Source: an uncultured Clostridia bacterium (GTDB taxonomy: Bacteria > Bacillota > Clostridia > Oscillospirales > Oscillospiraceae). Taken from it: a stretch of 64,000 bases of DNA. Both the position numbers and the translations under genes were made by a program. The notes beneath the pieces were generated by a model. That model saw only the letters and a program-made list of their open reading frames with translations. It was not told the DNA's origin and did not search any database. Of this stretch, positions 63,629 through 64,000 are shown piece after piece. The stretch is taken from NCBI GenBank assembly GCA_947649615.1, contig CANSSG010000007.1, positions 5,531-69,530 on the forward strand. Direction: 5' to 3'. Position 1 is the stretch's first letter, and each line of letters opens with the position of its first letter.

Positions 63629-64000
63629 TTAATCCGCAAACGGGTCGCCTACCGGAGCCGCGCTGTCCACCGTCTCCGTTCCGGGAGCGGCTTCCAGCGC
63701 AGGCACAGGAACCGGGGCTTCCGGTTCGGGGGGCGGGGCTTCCGGCAGGGTTCCTTCTGTGGAAACTTCCGCCGCAAACTCCTCCACAGGGGCTTCCATA
63801 GGCTTCCAGTCATATTCCAGATTGTGGCCCTTTTCCACATCAAAAACGTGGGCGGCGCTGCCCCGGAAGGTAAAGCGAACCGGCTGGCCCATGGGGAGGT
63901 TTTCCGTCTCCTCCTCCTCGCTCAGCGGCACCACGATCACCACGTCCTGGCCGCAAGCGCTGACGTGGATATGCACCGCGCTGCCCATCATTTCCGACAC
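63629..64000 (-). CDS. C-terminal part of an ABC-transporter ATPase (MalK/UgpC-like TOBE region) with Pro/Glu-rich tail; 5' end outside the window
   Basis: ...SEMMGSAVHIHVSACGQDVVIVVPLS...MGQPVRFTFRGSAAHVFDVEKGHNL resembles the regulatory TOBE domain. About 60 extra residues follow (...PEAPPPEPEAPVPVPALEAAPG...). Confidence 0.5.
   Translation of the reverse strand: MSEMMGSAVHIHVSACGQDVVIVVPLSEEEETENLPMGQPVRFTFRGSAAHVFDVEKGHNLEYDWKPMEAPVEEFAAEVSTEGTLPEAPPPEPEAPVPVPALEAAPGTETVDSAAPVGDPFAD

Noticed and set aside
1-64000. Search for tRNA, rRNA, CRISPR repeats, transposase or integrase genes, and toxin-antitoxin pairs.
   Set aside because: I saw no tRNA T-loop context (the only GGTTCGAA is inside rqcH), no regularly spaced direct repeats, and no recombinase-like ORF. 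The small-ORF plus P-loop pair at 62764-63560 superficially resembles an epsilon/zeta layout. However, the small protein looks metal-binding and is coupled to the upstream RACo-like gene, so I did not call it a TA system.

Overview
High-GC Firmicutes/Clostridia-type chromosome segment. Hand-counted 60-nt lines are about 70% G+C in ordinary genes. The host is probably a spore-former, since sigG, bofA, DUF2508/yaaL and ylmC/ymxH are present. Positions 1-9.5 kb carry a minus-strand S10-spc ribosomal-protein operon of 21 genes (rpsJ to rplO, the last truncated by the window edge). The rest is mostly housekeeping and accessory genes: a TetR-ABC efflux unit, a Gly T-box with glyQS, rsmI, ogt, rqcH, mrnC, csp, tadA, pgi, typA, apbE, mpg, two Cache-type MCPs and a FapA(DUF342)-CheX-CheY operon. 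No rRNA, tRNA, CRISPR array, transposase or integrase was seen. Many long ORFs in the track are antisense shadows of real genes, a high-GC artefact. Candidates for something new, in my order of interest: (1) a single 1015-aa ORF fusing a 12-TM MFS/GPH-like permease to a complete GH2 glycosidase (36798-39845). (2) A BlaI/BlaR1-type pair whose M56 protease carries a roughly 700-aa ectodomain I cannot assign (44365-47904), with a symmetric operator layout. (3) A 1.35-kb AT-rich islet (26.6-27.95 kb, 23-43% G+C). It holds a dense array of DnaA-box-like TTTTCCAC motifs and a self-contained two-gene unit: a 44-aa six-Cys peptide plus a secreted Cys/His-rich protein. (4) Unusual ribosomal features: a Cys4 L24, long tails on S3 and L3, two long structured spacers and a roughly 290-nt leader. 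Every functional call comes from reading motifs by eye; no database search was run.
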